Notes under the pieces: model-generated | The model's database searches: none | Told to the model about the DNA's origin: nothing | The model's input: only the letters and a program-made list of their open reading frames with translations | NCBI RefSeq assembly: GCF_009914755.1 | Contig: NC_060934.1 | Length of the DNA stretch: 64,000 nt | From: the human T2T-CHM13v2.0 reference genome, Homo sapiens | Reading direction: 5' to 3' (one strand) | Made by a program: the position numbers and the translations under genes | Shown here: piece by piece, positions 15,287-29,188 of the stretch | Layout: the number at the start of each line of letters is the position of its first letter | Numbering within the stretch: the first letter of the stretch is position 1

Positions 15287-15869
15287 CTGCTGAACTATCA
15301 AGTGTCAGGTTAGAACAAAGACATATCCAAACATGCAAAGTTTCGAAGTTTACATTCCAGACACCCTTTCTGGGAAAATATCAGAGAATGTGCTCTACAA
15401 AAATGGGGCCATAAATCATGGCTATAGGAAGAAGTATCCACTGCAGGACAGAGGTGAGGGGATTCATGAAAATGAGGGTAAAAGGAGATGCCAGGGCGAC
15501 AGCTGGGTACTGGGTGCACAGGGCCACTGGTCCAGCCTGGAGCACAGCTGAAGGTTCTGGGAAAGAGCTTCCTCAGGAAGATGAACTTGAAAGAGTACCA
15601 AATGCATCTAAACTTTTTGTGAGGATATTCAGACAATTGTTTATGAGTTTGATCTTAGATTACTAATAAGAACATAGTGTACTATGCAAATTTTTAAAAA
15701 GCAACTCCAGGGAATAAACAACTTAGTTATGTTACGATGTCATAATATTGTAAACGCTGAATATTGATCCAATTAAAATAACAATATGGCTCTACTGGGA
15801 GAATGGGAAGTAGAAGGACGCACATGGGCAGGGACTAAAGTCCTGTCTTCCCTAGTGTAAAATCAATTA

Positions 15870-16202
<333 letters not shown>

Positions 16203-16539
16203 TCAAATCTGCTATATAAAGACATGAAGATGAAAATGAAAACACTGAGCAGAAGGGGGTCAACGTGGCTTGCCCAGATGAACAAGAAATAGTAGAAAAA
16301 CAGGGATGAAAGGCTTTCTACAACAAATCTTGAACAGTTTGGCTCTTTACACTGTGCGTTTGCCTCCATGCAAACAACCCAAACCTACAATACAATACAG
16401 AAGAGAACCTCAGCTGAAGAGCCAGCTTTCAGGAAGCTCTGCTTCCAGAGTCTGACTTACATGCTATTTTCTTGTGCCTGCCCCGTGTGAGGGACATTGA
16501 AAGTGTAAAGCTCATCTTGGGTTTTCTGGTTGGTTTCTC

Positions 16540-16670
16540 CAGTTAGATTCTAAGCTCCTTGAACTCAGGGACCCAGGGACTTGGCCAATGCAGCTCCATG
16601 TGCCGAGTGCCCACAGTCCCAGGGCCTGGCACACAAGGGGTGCTGCACTGATGTTCATTGAATGCAGTAA
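16540..16670 (+). mobile_element. L2 3' end
   Basis: ttagattctaagctccttga...gcctggcacaca...gttcattgaatg. Confidence 0.65.
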
Positions 16671-17004
16671 AGGAAAGAAGGGAAGATGTCCAACTAGAGA
16701 GCCGCACAGGCAGCGGTGATGCAGGGAGCAAGGGCTCAGATCAACCTGAGGGCAGTCTGGTGGTTTTGCAGGAGGACTGGGTGAACTGGTAAGGTGGGGA
16801 GGGGCACACCCAGGCAGGTAGAGCAGCTGTGTAAGTGTGAAAAGGCGCTGTGTGCAAGCATGTGTATGTGTGTGTGTGTGAGCACATGCGTATGCTTAGA
16901 GAGTGGAGTAGTCTGAAATGAGACTGTGCTTGTGAGCTGAGGTCAACAGAGACTCTTTGGCCACTCCGTGGGTCTTAGAGGCCAGTTGGCCTCTTCACGC
17001 CTAA

Positions 17005-17175
17005 AGGGATTCCTTAAGCTGATTCCTCATCAGAATCACCAGGGGAGCCTTTTTAACATAGTCTCGAGCCTCAGTCTGAGAGATCATGAGCCGTAGGTCT
17101 GTGACTGGATCCAGGAAACTGTATTTGTCAGAAGACTCCCCAGACCTGCGCAGACGAGCCAGCCTTCGGGACAGG
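17005..17175. mobile_element. MER5-like DNA transposon fragment
   Basis: catcagaatcaccaggggagc...ctgtatttgtcagaagactcccca. Confidence 0.5.
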
Positions 17176-17659
17176 CTTGGAAAGAGGGGAAGGTGATGAG
17201 GGAGGGAGTGGGCAAGGGCCAAATCTGGGCTTTCTAGTCCAGAGTCACATTGGACTGTTCCTGAAATCCAAAGTGAATGCATTTTAACCTATTTGAATAA
17301 GAACAGAATAAATAATGCCTTTGTGTTGATTTGAAAACAAATACTGCAAAAGAGTTACTCTGTGAGCCTTTTATTGCCAAATCCATGGACTTATTGCTGA
17401 AATGAAGTGCATTAAATATGAAAAGTTAAGATCGATTTCCAGATGGCCTACTTTCATTACTAGAATTTAATAGGTTCTCTAATTTTCTTTCTTCTGTTTA
17501 TTAGTAACAGTGAAGTAAGTCCTAAGGTGAGCTAATGTATTTCACACCTAATATGTGACATTGGTACCATTCAAAATATACAATTTTAATGAGGGAGAAT
17601 GCTTTAAAAATACTCCAAGGAAATGCCATTCCCTAATATGCATAGTGTGATTCCTGTCA

Positions 17660-18870
17660 TGATGTTCATTTATTTCAGTCTTATCTTACTTCAGAATCAA
17701 CCGATATCCACTGAGTTCTTCCTGTCTGCAAGGCCTGGGTTGGGGAACAGGAAGCTGAACTGCTGTAGGGAATATAAGAAAACATGAGCCATGAGCCCTG
17801 TTCAAAAGAAATTTACCAGCTGGCTGAGGAGATAAGACTAAAACACATGAAAAAATTACTAAGGACTTCAGGCTATGATCAAGTGAGAGGTATAAGCAAC
17901 ACAAGCTATAGGAATTCAGATGGGGGGCAGGGAGAGCTATGGGCTCAACTGGTCAGGGAAAGCTTCATGGAGAAGGTGTGATCTGGGCTGGGCTTGAAGG
18001 CTGGGTGAGATTTTACTAGACAGAGTTGAGAAGAGACACTCCTGGGGCAGGGGGTAGGAGAGAACCTAAGTCCTGATGGGGGAGGATGTAAGCCACATTC
18101 AAGAAGAAGGCTAGATAGAGGTAAAGTCCTTATCTTTGAATTATTCAAGGTGAAACTGTATAAAATGATTAGGGGGTGAACTTGGGAGACCCTGGATGCC
18201 AAGATTAAGACCAGTAGGCAGTAGGCAGTGGTTGATGATTTTTGATTTGGTTAGAGAAGAGGCAGATGAACATAGAATTTTGGGAATGCTAATTTGGAGA
18301 AGTGTTCAATGAATTAGAAAAGCAATGAGACCAGTTATGAGGCTGATGTAACAGGTAAGTCCAAGGGAATGAGATTCTGAATTAGACCATGGGATTGGCA
18401 TTGGTTTTTTGTTTTTTTTTTTAAAGGAAGGTAGCCGGAAACGTTGCAATGAACAACTAAGCAGGCTCTATAGCAAGCTATGGTTGGCAGAAGGAAGAGG
18501 TTTTGCATGGGAGCCATTGGAGGAGTGATGGTGTTGCTGGTAAAAATAGGAAGGTCTGGTGGGGATGCTGGTCTAAAGAGAAAGAAGACTTCTGTTGTGA
18601 GCATGTTGGTGTAAGCAGGCAGCAGAGGAAAATGAAAACAGGCAACTGGAGATGGAATTTTATTTTGGAGAAGATTTGCAACTAGTTATCCCCATGGAGA
18701 CAAGCTGAAGTTGAAGAGTGAAGAAGATTCATTCATTTATTCATTCACATATTATTTAGCAAATATCTATCGTGCGCCAGCCACTTCCAAAAGTGCTGGG
18801 GATCCTGCAAAGCAGATGAATCTCTTGTGGAGCTTGTATTTTGCTGTGGGAAGCTGACCATAGGCAATTT
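17660..18870 (-). mobile_element. Degraded L2 fragments
   Basis: Reverse L2 tail (ttcattcatttattcattc) and body (cagggaaagcttcatggagaaggtg...gggcttgaagg). Confidence 0.55.
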
Positions 18871-18881
18871 TACAAAGGTTT

Positions 18882-19321
18882 TGCTACGATTCAAGTATCT
18901 GTCCCCTCCAAAACTCATGTGGATGTTTAATCCTCAATGTGACAGTATTGAGAGATGGGGCCTTTAAGAGGTGATTGGGTCATGAAGATTTTGCCCTCAT
19001 GAATGGATTAGTCCATTTGTGGATTCATGCATGGATCAATGGGTTAATGGATTAATGTGTTATTATGGAAAAGGGACTGTTGGTTTTATAAGAAAAGGAA
19101 GAGAGATCAGAGCTAGCAGGCTCAGCCCCTTCATTCTGTGATGCCCTGCACCAATTCAGGACTCTACAGGCAGACCCCACTAGCAAGAAGCTTCTCGCCT
19201 CGTGCAGCCCCTTGACCTTGGACTTCTCAGCCTCCATAACAGTATGAAATAAGTTCTTTTTCTTTATAAATTGCCCAGTTTGAGGCATTCTGTTTTTAAG
19301 CAGCAGAAAATGGACTAAGAG
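18882..19321 (+). mobile_element. MST-family MaLR solo LTR
   Basis: tgcta...tgtcccctccaaaactcatgt...gaccttggacttctcagcctcc...gaaaatggactaaga. Confidence 0.88.
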
Positions 19322-20954
19322 GACTGGAGGAAGAAAACTGCAAGAGTGAGTGAGCAAGCAAAGGAGCTTCTTTCTTTAGGGTGTGGGAAAAGAAAGCAGA
19401 AGCATGATGCAAGCCAGAATGATTCTGAACTTTAAAACAGAGAAGAGGAATCAAGAGCAATCTAAACTGTTGCCTGCCCGGGACCTCTCTGGGGCCCTGC
19501 CTGGTTGTCCAATGTACTTTTAGGCACAGACCATGTAGTTTCAGAGGCAGCTGCCAGCCCACTTATTTTGAGGCAGTTCCAACCTTAGATTGTGAATTAA
19601 CCAAGGAATCTGCATGACAGCTCTCCATGCACGCCTCCTCAAAGGGGCTGGAAAATAAAATCACTGAAGGGCAAGCAGTCGATGTTACCCTCGTGCATTT
19701 AAGGGAACCAGTTGGAAAAATAAATCAGTTAGTGGTGTTCTCACATTAATTCCCCATGGGGTCCAGTGATTTCTTTAGAATGCCTGTGGATGCTTCACGA
19801 TGAGAGCCAAGCTCATGTTCCCATTAGCTAAATGAGGCCTCTCATTACATAGTTCCTGTTGGAGGGGGAATGAGTGATGTTGATGTGACTGATACATATG
19901 CATTGGCTGATCAATAATAATGGCAGTGAGCTGAGGTCCTTGTATGAATTTTGCATGAACTCATAACAATGTGAGGAATCAGTGATGGATTGCAACTCTC
20001 CCCTTAGTTGGCCAACCCTTACCAAGCTCATTGGGCACACTGTGTAGCAGAAGAGAAGGGATTCTTGGGGGCTTCCAGAGTTTCCCTCTCTGCAGCCTGT
20101 GTGTCAGTTCTTCCCCCTACATCTCTCATATGGTACGTGGCCCACAGTAATACAATGATTACTTTCCTGGCTTCCCTCCTGGTATTGGAGTTCTTGAGGA
20201 CAGAGACTGTTTTTATCAAACTCTATGTCCTCAGTACTTAGTACAGTACATAGCACAGAGCACAGGTGTTCACCGAATGTCTGTGGCATGTGGAGCTCAT
20301 CTGGATGTCCCTCATGAAGGGGAGGGGTGTGGAGCAGCTATAGGTACTGTTAAGTGGTCAAACCCACCAAAGGAATCCTGGAGAATAAAGAACCAGTTCT
20401 TCTTTTTAAATTCAAGAATTACATTCCAGCCCACCTGGAGGAATAGGTGAAAGAGAATGTGCACACATGTCTAGGAAAATCTCAAATGCTCTGCAGACCT
20501 GAGATAACTCAGCCTGCAAAGTCCTGTCTGGAAAGGAGTAGAAAGACCAGTGAGTGAATAGGTTCAGCCATGCATGGAATAGGTTCAGCCTGCTGGGCAT
20601 AGCAGGACCAAGCACCACATACAATGCAGTGACACCAGGGATGGTGCAGGAGACTGCAGGATCCTCTAACTGCCCTCTTGTTTGATACTCTAACTCCCTT
20701 CCCTAACACAAAAATAGCCTTGCATGAACTGTGTGCTTCCCCCACCCTCAACAGGCTCCTGAGTTGCAGGAGATTAATGAGGATGGTGAGAAGTAAAAAC
20801 AATGGAGACCTTGTGGATAGAAGGCAGCAGCTCATTCTTGGCACCAGCTAGAGAAAAGCAAGAGGACAGTAGGGGAGAGCCCTGGGGACTGGGGGAAGGC
20901 CCGCCTAGGGAGTGATAGCAGGACTGCTTAGGTTACCAAGGAGATTTCACAGGT

Positions 20955-21502
20955 TGAGGTATAGAATCATGTTTTTTATTTTCTGTATTTTGTGTTGCTT
21001 TAACATCTTGGGGCCTTGCAGACCTGAGGAGGGACTGCCCCTCCCAGGGTTAGCTAATTCCTAGAGATAACAAATGACTTACCTGTGAGCACATCTTTGT
21101 TATGAAAATCAACCAATCTAGAGCTCAAACCCCCAACCAGCTCCTTTATCTAACTCACACACAAAGCTGATATTCCCATGGCCCTAAATCACCCTAGAGC
21201 CTGGTACTGGATAACTAGAGACCACCCCTATATCCCTGAGCCTGCCAACATTATTCAAATTGGACAAACCTGAGTTATTTACCCCACCTTGGTTTTCCAC
21301 GGAAACCACAATAAAAGCCATGCTTATACCATTTTGTTCCTTCTGCCTCCAGACACACCCTGGTGCCTCCCTACATGGCCTGTATGGTACGGGATGCCCC
21401 TGTTTCTAGGGATCCGTGAGAATAAAAACTTTTTTCACAATTGTCATTTCCATGTCTGCATATCTTACTATACCTGATTAAGGATTTGTACATTTTAAAG
21501 CA
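20955..21502 (+). mobile_element. MER74A-like ERVL solo LTR
   Basis: tgaggtata...tttattttctgtatt...gagggactgcccctcccagggttagctaattcctagagata...cattttaaagca. Confidence 0.75.
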
Positions 21503-21787
21503 TGTGGCAAAACACAAAGTTTCCTGTTAGGGATTTAGCAGAAAAGAAAAAGAATCACATGCTCTTTCTCCCAAAGTATCTTCCACTTTGTGTCTTGGGC
21601 TCAGTAAAGATGCAGGCCAATTTACTGTGCCTTCTGTATTCACTTTGAGGCACCCCAGATTTTCTCATTAAGTAATATATTGACATATTCAGAGTATTGT
21701 ATGTAACGAAGCCGATATGTGGATGCTAAAGGTTTTAGAAATTATTTTTAATGGTTGATAGTTAAAAACGAAACAATGGATTCCTGT

Positions 21788-21873
21788 GTAACGATATGAT
21801 GCATAGTTTGGATTATTTGCTTCTAAGTTAAAAAAAAAATTAAATAATATGAAAGAAGGAATGGGTTAGGAGC
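21788..21873 (+). repeat. Local direct duplication, copy A (partner 22322-22413)
   Basis: gtaacgatatgatgcatagtttgg...atgaaagaaggaatgggttaggag aligns to gtaacaataggatatatagtttg...atgaaagaagaaatgggctaggag. Confidence 0.65.
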
Positions 21874-22321
21874 TTCTATACTTCTATACACTGGAAGGAG
21901 GGCATTGAAGGACAGTGGAACAAACAGCCTTCAGAGGGACAAAGGGCATAGCTCAAGGGTCTGGGAGTAGGAATCCAGGGGTGGTCTTTTGAGGGTCTGT
22001 TCATCAGAATGACTCAGCCCCAACTGCTGTCCTCCTTGTGGGGTTTTGCCCCAAAGTCAGGACAGAGCTGGTGGCTTGGCTTAGGTTGGATGTCCCTCTC
22101 TTTGCCCATGGAAGAGGCCATTGTGGTTGACAGTTCCCTGGGCCCATGTCAGGAGGCCGTCCTCCCAATGGAGAGCCCGGAGGAAGTGTGAGGGTGTGTG
22201 TTGCAAGGCGGGGGAGCTATGGTCCTATTGCCCTGGGTGCAAAACCTAGATCTGCACTGGGTGGCTATGGGTATGTGGTTTTTGTCTTCCTGTGAGATGA
22301 AAATGCTAGCCATCCCACAGG

Positions 22322-22425
22322 GTAACAATAGGATATATAGTTTGTAATCTTTGCTTATATGTAAGAGAAACCAATTTAAATAAATTAACATGAAAGAAGA
22401 AATGGGCTAGGAGTTCCTAGCCCAT
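22322..22425 (+). repeat. Local direct duplication, copy B, ending in an 11-bp perfect hairpin
   Basis: See copy A; atgggctagga-gt-tcctagcccat at 22402-22425. Confidence 0.7.
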
Positions 22426-24364
22426 GGCCACCCTGAGGGTTAGTGTGAAAATTACGTGAAGACCATGCATGTAAAATGCCTGCTCTAGTTCCTGGCATAA
22501 AACAGACATTCGAAAATGAAAGCTTTTAATCATAAGATAAAAATCATCCACTGAGTTTGGCCTCAATTAGGCCGAACTCCTCATTCCATATGATTTCTGG
22601 CCAATCAGGAATTTTTACTTTTCTAGCTTGTTTTAATTTTTAGAGTTTAATTGTAGCTTCCAAGCACACTCAGGGCCACAAATAAAGCATTTTAAGATTC
22701 TTCTAAGTCAAAATGTTTAAGGTAATAAAAAGGCAAATTGTACTCTCCTAGTCAGAGCTTGGTCTGTTTTTCTGGCCACTCTCCTGAGCCCTAACCCTCA
22801 GGGTGGCTCTTGCCACTGTCCTGCTGGTGACTTCAGGCACATCACTCCCTTCCCTGGGTTTCAGTTTCTTTGTCTGTAAAGTGAGGGGTGTTAACTGTAT
22901 AGCTCCAAATAATGACCAACATCTTTACGCTATTTTGAGATTGCAAAGTTCTTTGATATCTATTATGATATTTATTTAATTCTTCAAGTGTAATGTTCAG
23001 TCGCTGTGTAAACGTGATAGACATCTTTGCAACCCACCATTGATCAGTGGAAACAGCTGCGCAGCTGCAGTCTTGCTGTTCTGATAGTCCATATGGATTA
23101 GTGCTGTTCTTCTCCATAGATCTGCAGATACAACAGCCTCATCTCAATCTCTTAGAAGAGTAGCTGAGGCAAAAAGAAGCCAAGCATGAAGTCCTAGAGA
23201 ATGGATCTGAACTAATTAGCTTTCCACGCATGCCTTCATCAGGAAACAAGGCACAGTTGTAATATCTTAGGAGCAAGCCTCTTCCCTCTGCCCCCATAAA
23301 AAGTAATATTAATGGATTCATTCACAGCAGGATCTGGTTCATTCTCTGGGGTGGAGGGCATGTAGCACCTCACTTCTTGTTCTCCACCAAAGTTAGACTG
23401 ACCTAGTAGCTTTGTATGTTCCTAAATTGGCTTAATTGTACTGGTGGTGAATGGTAGTGTGAACTTGCCCTTGGAGACCATCAATATCGGATTCGCACAG
23501 CTCATAGAATGCCATAGTGGACAAATATTTCCTCCTTTGTGATCCCTGGTGTCTGAATGCTTCATTCAGTTCTTCATATTAATTGATTTTGGTTTTACCT
23601 ATCATTATTGTTTGAAGACATTTCTCATTCTCCTACTTAATTTGGTGTGTTTTGTTGGGGGCTGGGGGCTGCAAGTGATTTTAGAGATAATCCGCTGTTT
23701 TATTGACACAAGTTAGTTGAATCCCAGAGAGGTTAAATGAATGACTGAAGGTTGCAGGGCTCTGAATTCAGATTTCTGACACTCATCCAGAGCCCTTTAC
23801 ACTTCACCAGTCTGCCCAGAAGAAAGACTGCAGGAACATTCTTTTATTACCTCAGGTGTCATTATTGTGAACAAATAGTGACAAAGAGCCAGAGATGCAA
23901 GAGTGGAACAGTGGTGGGAGGGAGTGGGAAGGAGGGTAACATTACAAAACTAGATGCAGGTTATAAATGATAGTAGGGAAGTCGACAGTACTCTACATGA
24001 AGGCTTACTTTGTAAAACTGAGTTCCCTAAACAGCAGCACGGGATAAAAAGAACTTCAGCCTCAGGTTTCTTAAATTTCATCAATGCCTTTCTATCTGCT
24101 TCTGGATCCCAACAAGACATTTTTAGGCACATATGCCGTTTAAAACTAGCTAGCAAGACACTAGGCTGAGTTTGTGTGAGCTGCTTTCCTGATATCCTCA
24201 TAGAGATGTATTTCTCTCCTGAGCTAGCATGCGGGTTTATCACACAGCATGCAGGAAAGCTCCAGCAGTCTCTGTGCTAGTCCTTCAAAAAAAAGAGACA
24301 GACAAAGAAGAGATGGGGCTGGAATGTCTTTCTCTACGCAGGCCTGTCTGAGTGCTCTAGCTCA

Positions 24365-24862
<498 letters not shown>

Positions 24863-24889
24863 CTAAAGCCCCTGGGGAGTTTAGTGATC

Positions 24890-25050
24890 CTGGGCACCTG
24901 AAATCAATCTTGGCACCACTATTTATGATGCATTGTTTTACAGTGACTACCTGTATTTTACTCGACTTCTATTTTGTTATACAGCATAGAAAATTAACCT
25001 GATGTGAAACTTCAAAGATTTTGTGTCTCTGAAGAACATGCCACTGACAA
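24890..25050 (+). repeat. Inverted duplication, left arm (partner 26928-27088)
   Basis: 161-bp ungapped match to the reverse complement of 26928-27088; 12 mismatches by hand count. Confidence 0.95.
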
Positions 25051-26119
25051 CCAGACCATATGTGGTACAGATAGTGACACAGATAGTGCCCCAAACGTTG
25101 GTCCCAAACTCAAAACAAAAGAAACCTCCTTCACCTCCCCTATGCCCCAGAAAAAGCGCTTCTGGGCTGCTCTCCCTGAGCCCACCCAAGGCAGAGAGAT
25201 GGTTTAAGATGGGTTCCAGAGCAAGCTTTTGCCAGAGGATTTGGGCCTGTCCACCTGCCTGCAGCTAATGGTTTACTGTTCTTCTCAATGACTGCCCATA
25301 AAAACAGATGTGATTATGGTGAAGAAATGCCTGGTGATGAGGTGAGAAGCTGCACACCCTTCAGTTGACTGTGGTCCCTCGGATCTCTAAACTGGCCACA
25401 GAAGGTTGGAGGGAGGAAGAGGAAGGGAGGTGAGCCAGCCCCTTGGAAGGTGGGATTCCCTAGGCAGTAAAGGAGCAGGAAATCTGAGGCGCTCCCATTA
25501 CCCTCTGCTGGCTTAGGGGCAGCATGACTTTCTCTCTGGGGCAGGTGCTGGAAGTCCTCCTTTAAGAGCTGTGGTGTGACCACATCTGGTCACCCCAATG
25601 TGGCTTCTTTCTGTGGGGCTTTTTTTCCTTTTAGGAAATGCAGAGGAACCCAGGCTTAAAAAAGAAATAAATTACTTTTACTTTTCACAAAGTATAACCT
25701 TCTACAACCAACACAAATGCTTAAAGACTGAAATCATCAAGAAGCGCTGAAAATGAAACTCTTTACACTTGAATACTAGATTCCTGCCTGGACACCATTT
25801 GAAACCTCCCTTTAAATAAAGCCATTTGTTTAGGGTGATCCAGCCTGCTGATAGGGAGGCAGGCAAGCTTTAGGAGAGGCCACTCCTACCCAGCAAGGCC
25901 CTTTCCATTATTGGCCGTTTTTCATTATTATTATATTCCATTAATGGAAATAATATTCCATTATTTCCAATATTCCTTTCTAGCCATGGACATCCTCTAC
26001 CCAGAGGTGTCTACACAGGGGGCACAATTGACATCAGGATACCTTTTCTTCTTCCCACCCTCTCAACCACAGCCAGTGCAATGTGGTCCACTCCAGGTGG
26101 CAGTGTGGCCTGCTAGAGG

Positions 26120-26640
<521 letters not shown>

Positions 26641-26664
26641 TAATTCCAATTGTAATTGAAAGAT

Positions 26665-26880
26665 CAGGGACTGGTAAGCTTTTTCTGAAAAAGGCCGGAT
26701 AGTAAACGTTTTAGACTTTGCAGATTATACCACCTTTGTCATGACCACTCAACTCTCCCTTGTAGAGAAGGCAGCCACAGACAATATGCAAACAGGTGGG
26801 TGTGGCTGTGTTCCACTTAAACATTATTCACAAAAAGAGGCAGCCAGAGGATTTGGCTCCCATAGGCTACCCCTGACCTG
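26665..26880 (+). mobile_element. MER58A hAT-Charlie fossil
   Basis: cagggactggtaagctttttctg...ggccggatagtaaa...gggtgtggctgtgttcca. Confidence 0.8.
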
Positions 26881-26927
26881 GAAGACGAGAGTCTAGGAAG
26901 GGAGAAGACTAGGAAGGGAATGTCGGA

Positions 26928-27088
26928 TTATCAGTGGCATGTTCTTTAGAGACACAAAACCTTCGAAGTTTCACATCAGGTTAATTTTCTATGCTGTATA
27001 ACAAAATAGAAGTCAAGTAAAATAGAGTTAGTCATTGTAAAAGAATGCATAGTAAATAGTGGTGCCAAGATTGATTTCTGGTGCCCAG
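26928..27088 (-). repeat. Inverted duplication, right arm (partner 24890-25050)
   Basis: Reverse complement of 24890-25050 at ~92% identity. Confidence 0.95.
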
Positions 27089-27279
27089 CTAGTCCTCAGC
27101 CCCGTGCAGGAGGCCACCCCAGGTCATCCTCCAGGCAATACCACATGACACAGGTCATCCCTATCATACCTGCTCAAGTTCCTCACCCACAGAATCATGA
27201 GTAACGGTATGAGTGTTTGGGGCATTACTTGTGTGTTTGTTTAACCATGCAATAGATAACTGACTCCATTTATTGATTG

Positions 27280-27570
27280 AAAAAATTTACCTAAAAATCC
27301 AAATTTCCAGCTTCTGTTGAAAATTCAGATGCTTTGGCCAAATGAACCACTATTTCCACAGGGCTACAATTTCCTGGACCCAAGTATCACTGGTCATCTG
27401 TAGATGAGGTCTACAGTCTCCAGGTGGTCTAGCCCCACCCTGTGGTCTCCTTGGTGTCACGTGTTGCCTGTCCTCACACTTACAGAGCTGTTCTCCTTTC
27501 TCTTGGCCTGCCTCATTCATTTATGCAAACTGATTGGTTCTTAAAGGCATTTGAGTGTGCTACCCCTAGC
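27280..27570. mobile_element. MER102-like hAT-Charlie fragment
   Basis: aaatccaaatttccagcttctgttgaaaa...aggcatttgagtgtgctacccct. Confidence 0.55.
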
Positions 27571-27662
27571 TTAGATGGATGGCTTTTTGGGGGCCATGGG
27601 TCCCCTTGATCTTTTTGATTGCCACCTGATCTGCTCCTGCATGCCTGGCCTTGGGCTAAGCA

Positions 27663-28075
27663 CTGTGGCAAAGACAACTAGCTGTCGTCAAAAATGTACA
27701 CTCCTCTCTCCATCCTGGGAGGCAGCTGACCTGGAATGCATTTCCCAGCCTTTCTTACATGCAGGTGTGCTCATGAGCTCAGTCTCGTCAATACAATGAG
27801 CTAGGTCTTATGTGCCACTTCCAGGACCAGGGTTTTAAGTGAGTGTTCCTGGCCCACTATTTCTTTCTCCTTACAAGGTTTAAGTACCGACTCCCTAGCT
27901 CCTAAGGAATGGCAGGATCATAGCTCAGAAAGAGACTGGGAACTTCATTGTCACCTGGAGCAATGCCGCCTACTGACCACACACTCCCACATCGGGGTGA
28001 TGTGTGAGCCATAAACTTTCGCTCTTTGGACAGTAACATGTTGGAGTTTGTTTGTTACGGCACCTCATGTTAACA
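27663..28075 (+). mobile_element. MLT1 (I/J-like) MaLR solo LTR
   Basis: tgtggca...catttcccagcct...ataaacttt...ttggagtttgtttgttacggca. Confidence 0.65.
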
Positions 28076-28229
28076 CTTCATGCATGCTATCACACTTAGT
28101 CTTCACAATAAGCCTTTTTCTAGGAAGGGGTTTCCTCCCCATTTTACAGATAAGATGACGAAGTGGGAAAGCAACTTGCCTGAGTCCCTAGTGAGAGGCA
28201 GAGAGGCAGAAGCAGGGTTTGAATGTAGG

Positions 28230-29188
28230 CAAAAGTGAATTCACCATGAAACTAGTGAAGCTTCAGCTTCAGGGTCCCTTGCTTATACTACTTCCAAAAC
28301 TCTGGACCATGTTAATGTGGTCATACATTTTTGTAAAATTTGCACAAGTAAAGTATCTTGTCTGCAATCAGTTAAGATTACTGTCTCTTTCCACTCCAGG
28401 TTCCCCTCCATCTGCTTCACTCTTTCTTACTGGTTTGACTTTGCAGTGGCTGTTGGTATGTCTGGGGTCTAACTAAGGGGATGATGAATTGGGTAGCATT
28501 TGGTTTAGTTAGTGGAAGATTTGTTCATGGTTTGCAACCACTTCTGTATCAGGTTATTGTTTGTTCTCGAGATGTAAGCATGACTTCCAGGAACATTCCT
28601 ACCACTAACTGTGCCAACTCACCTCAAATCAGGACAGGTTATATCTGGTATTTTACACCAGGAATAAAGAAGAGAAGAAATGAAGCTTTACCTGTATGAA
28701 GCTATGAGGTCAATCTGTGGAGAATTCTTCCAAAAGTTACATCTCAAATACAAAAAGAATATGATGGACTTTTCCCAAATTTAACAACAATCCTAAAACT
28801 TGTATGGCATTACCGATGACAAGTTGTGAACACAAATGTTTCTAAGTTATCAACAAATATAAAACAAATATTGGTCAATCATGTTAGAGGAAAGGCTCAA
28901 TTAGCTTCCTATTTTACTTCATCCAAAAATGTTAAAAAGGAAATCAGAGAGTAAGTAAACAAAAAAATTATAGAAAAAATATAGAAACCAGACAGTGATT
29001 AATAAAATTATCGTATTATTTTATGGAGATCTTGACTGCAATATTTGTCAAATTTATAAAATTTGAAATTTACTGTAGCTCCTTTTTGCATTCTAAATAA
29101 GCTTTATAGTCACATTTTTTGTTCTTTTTTTCTTGAAGGAATCTCAAAGATTATATGAGCTTTTGACCCCACGAAACTTGTACTGCTT
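28230..29188 (+). mobile_element. Zaphod/MER115-like hAT-Tip100 fossil with a transposase C-terminal remnant
   Basis: Terminus like ca.ag..gatt.acc.tgaa.cta.tgaagctt.agcttcaggg; ~28770-28920 encodes a degenerate hAT dimerisation motif (FPNLTTILK..LPMTSCE..SKL..MLEERLN). Confidence 0.7.

Noticed and set aside
26089-26106. CTCF-like motif actccaggtggcagtg
   Set aside because: Mismatch at a key core C; it cannot be supported without ChIP data.
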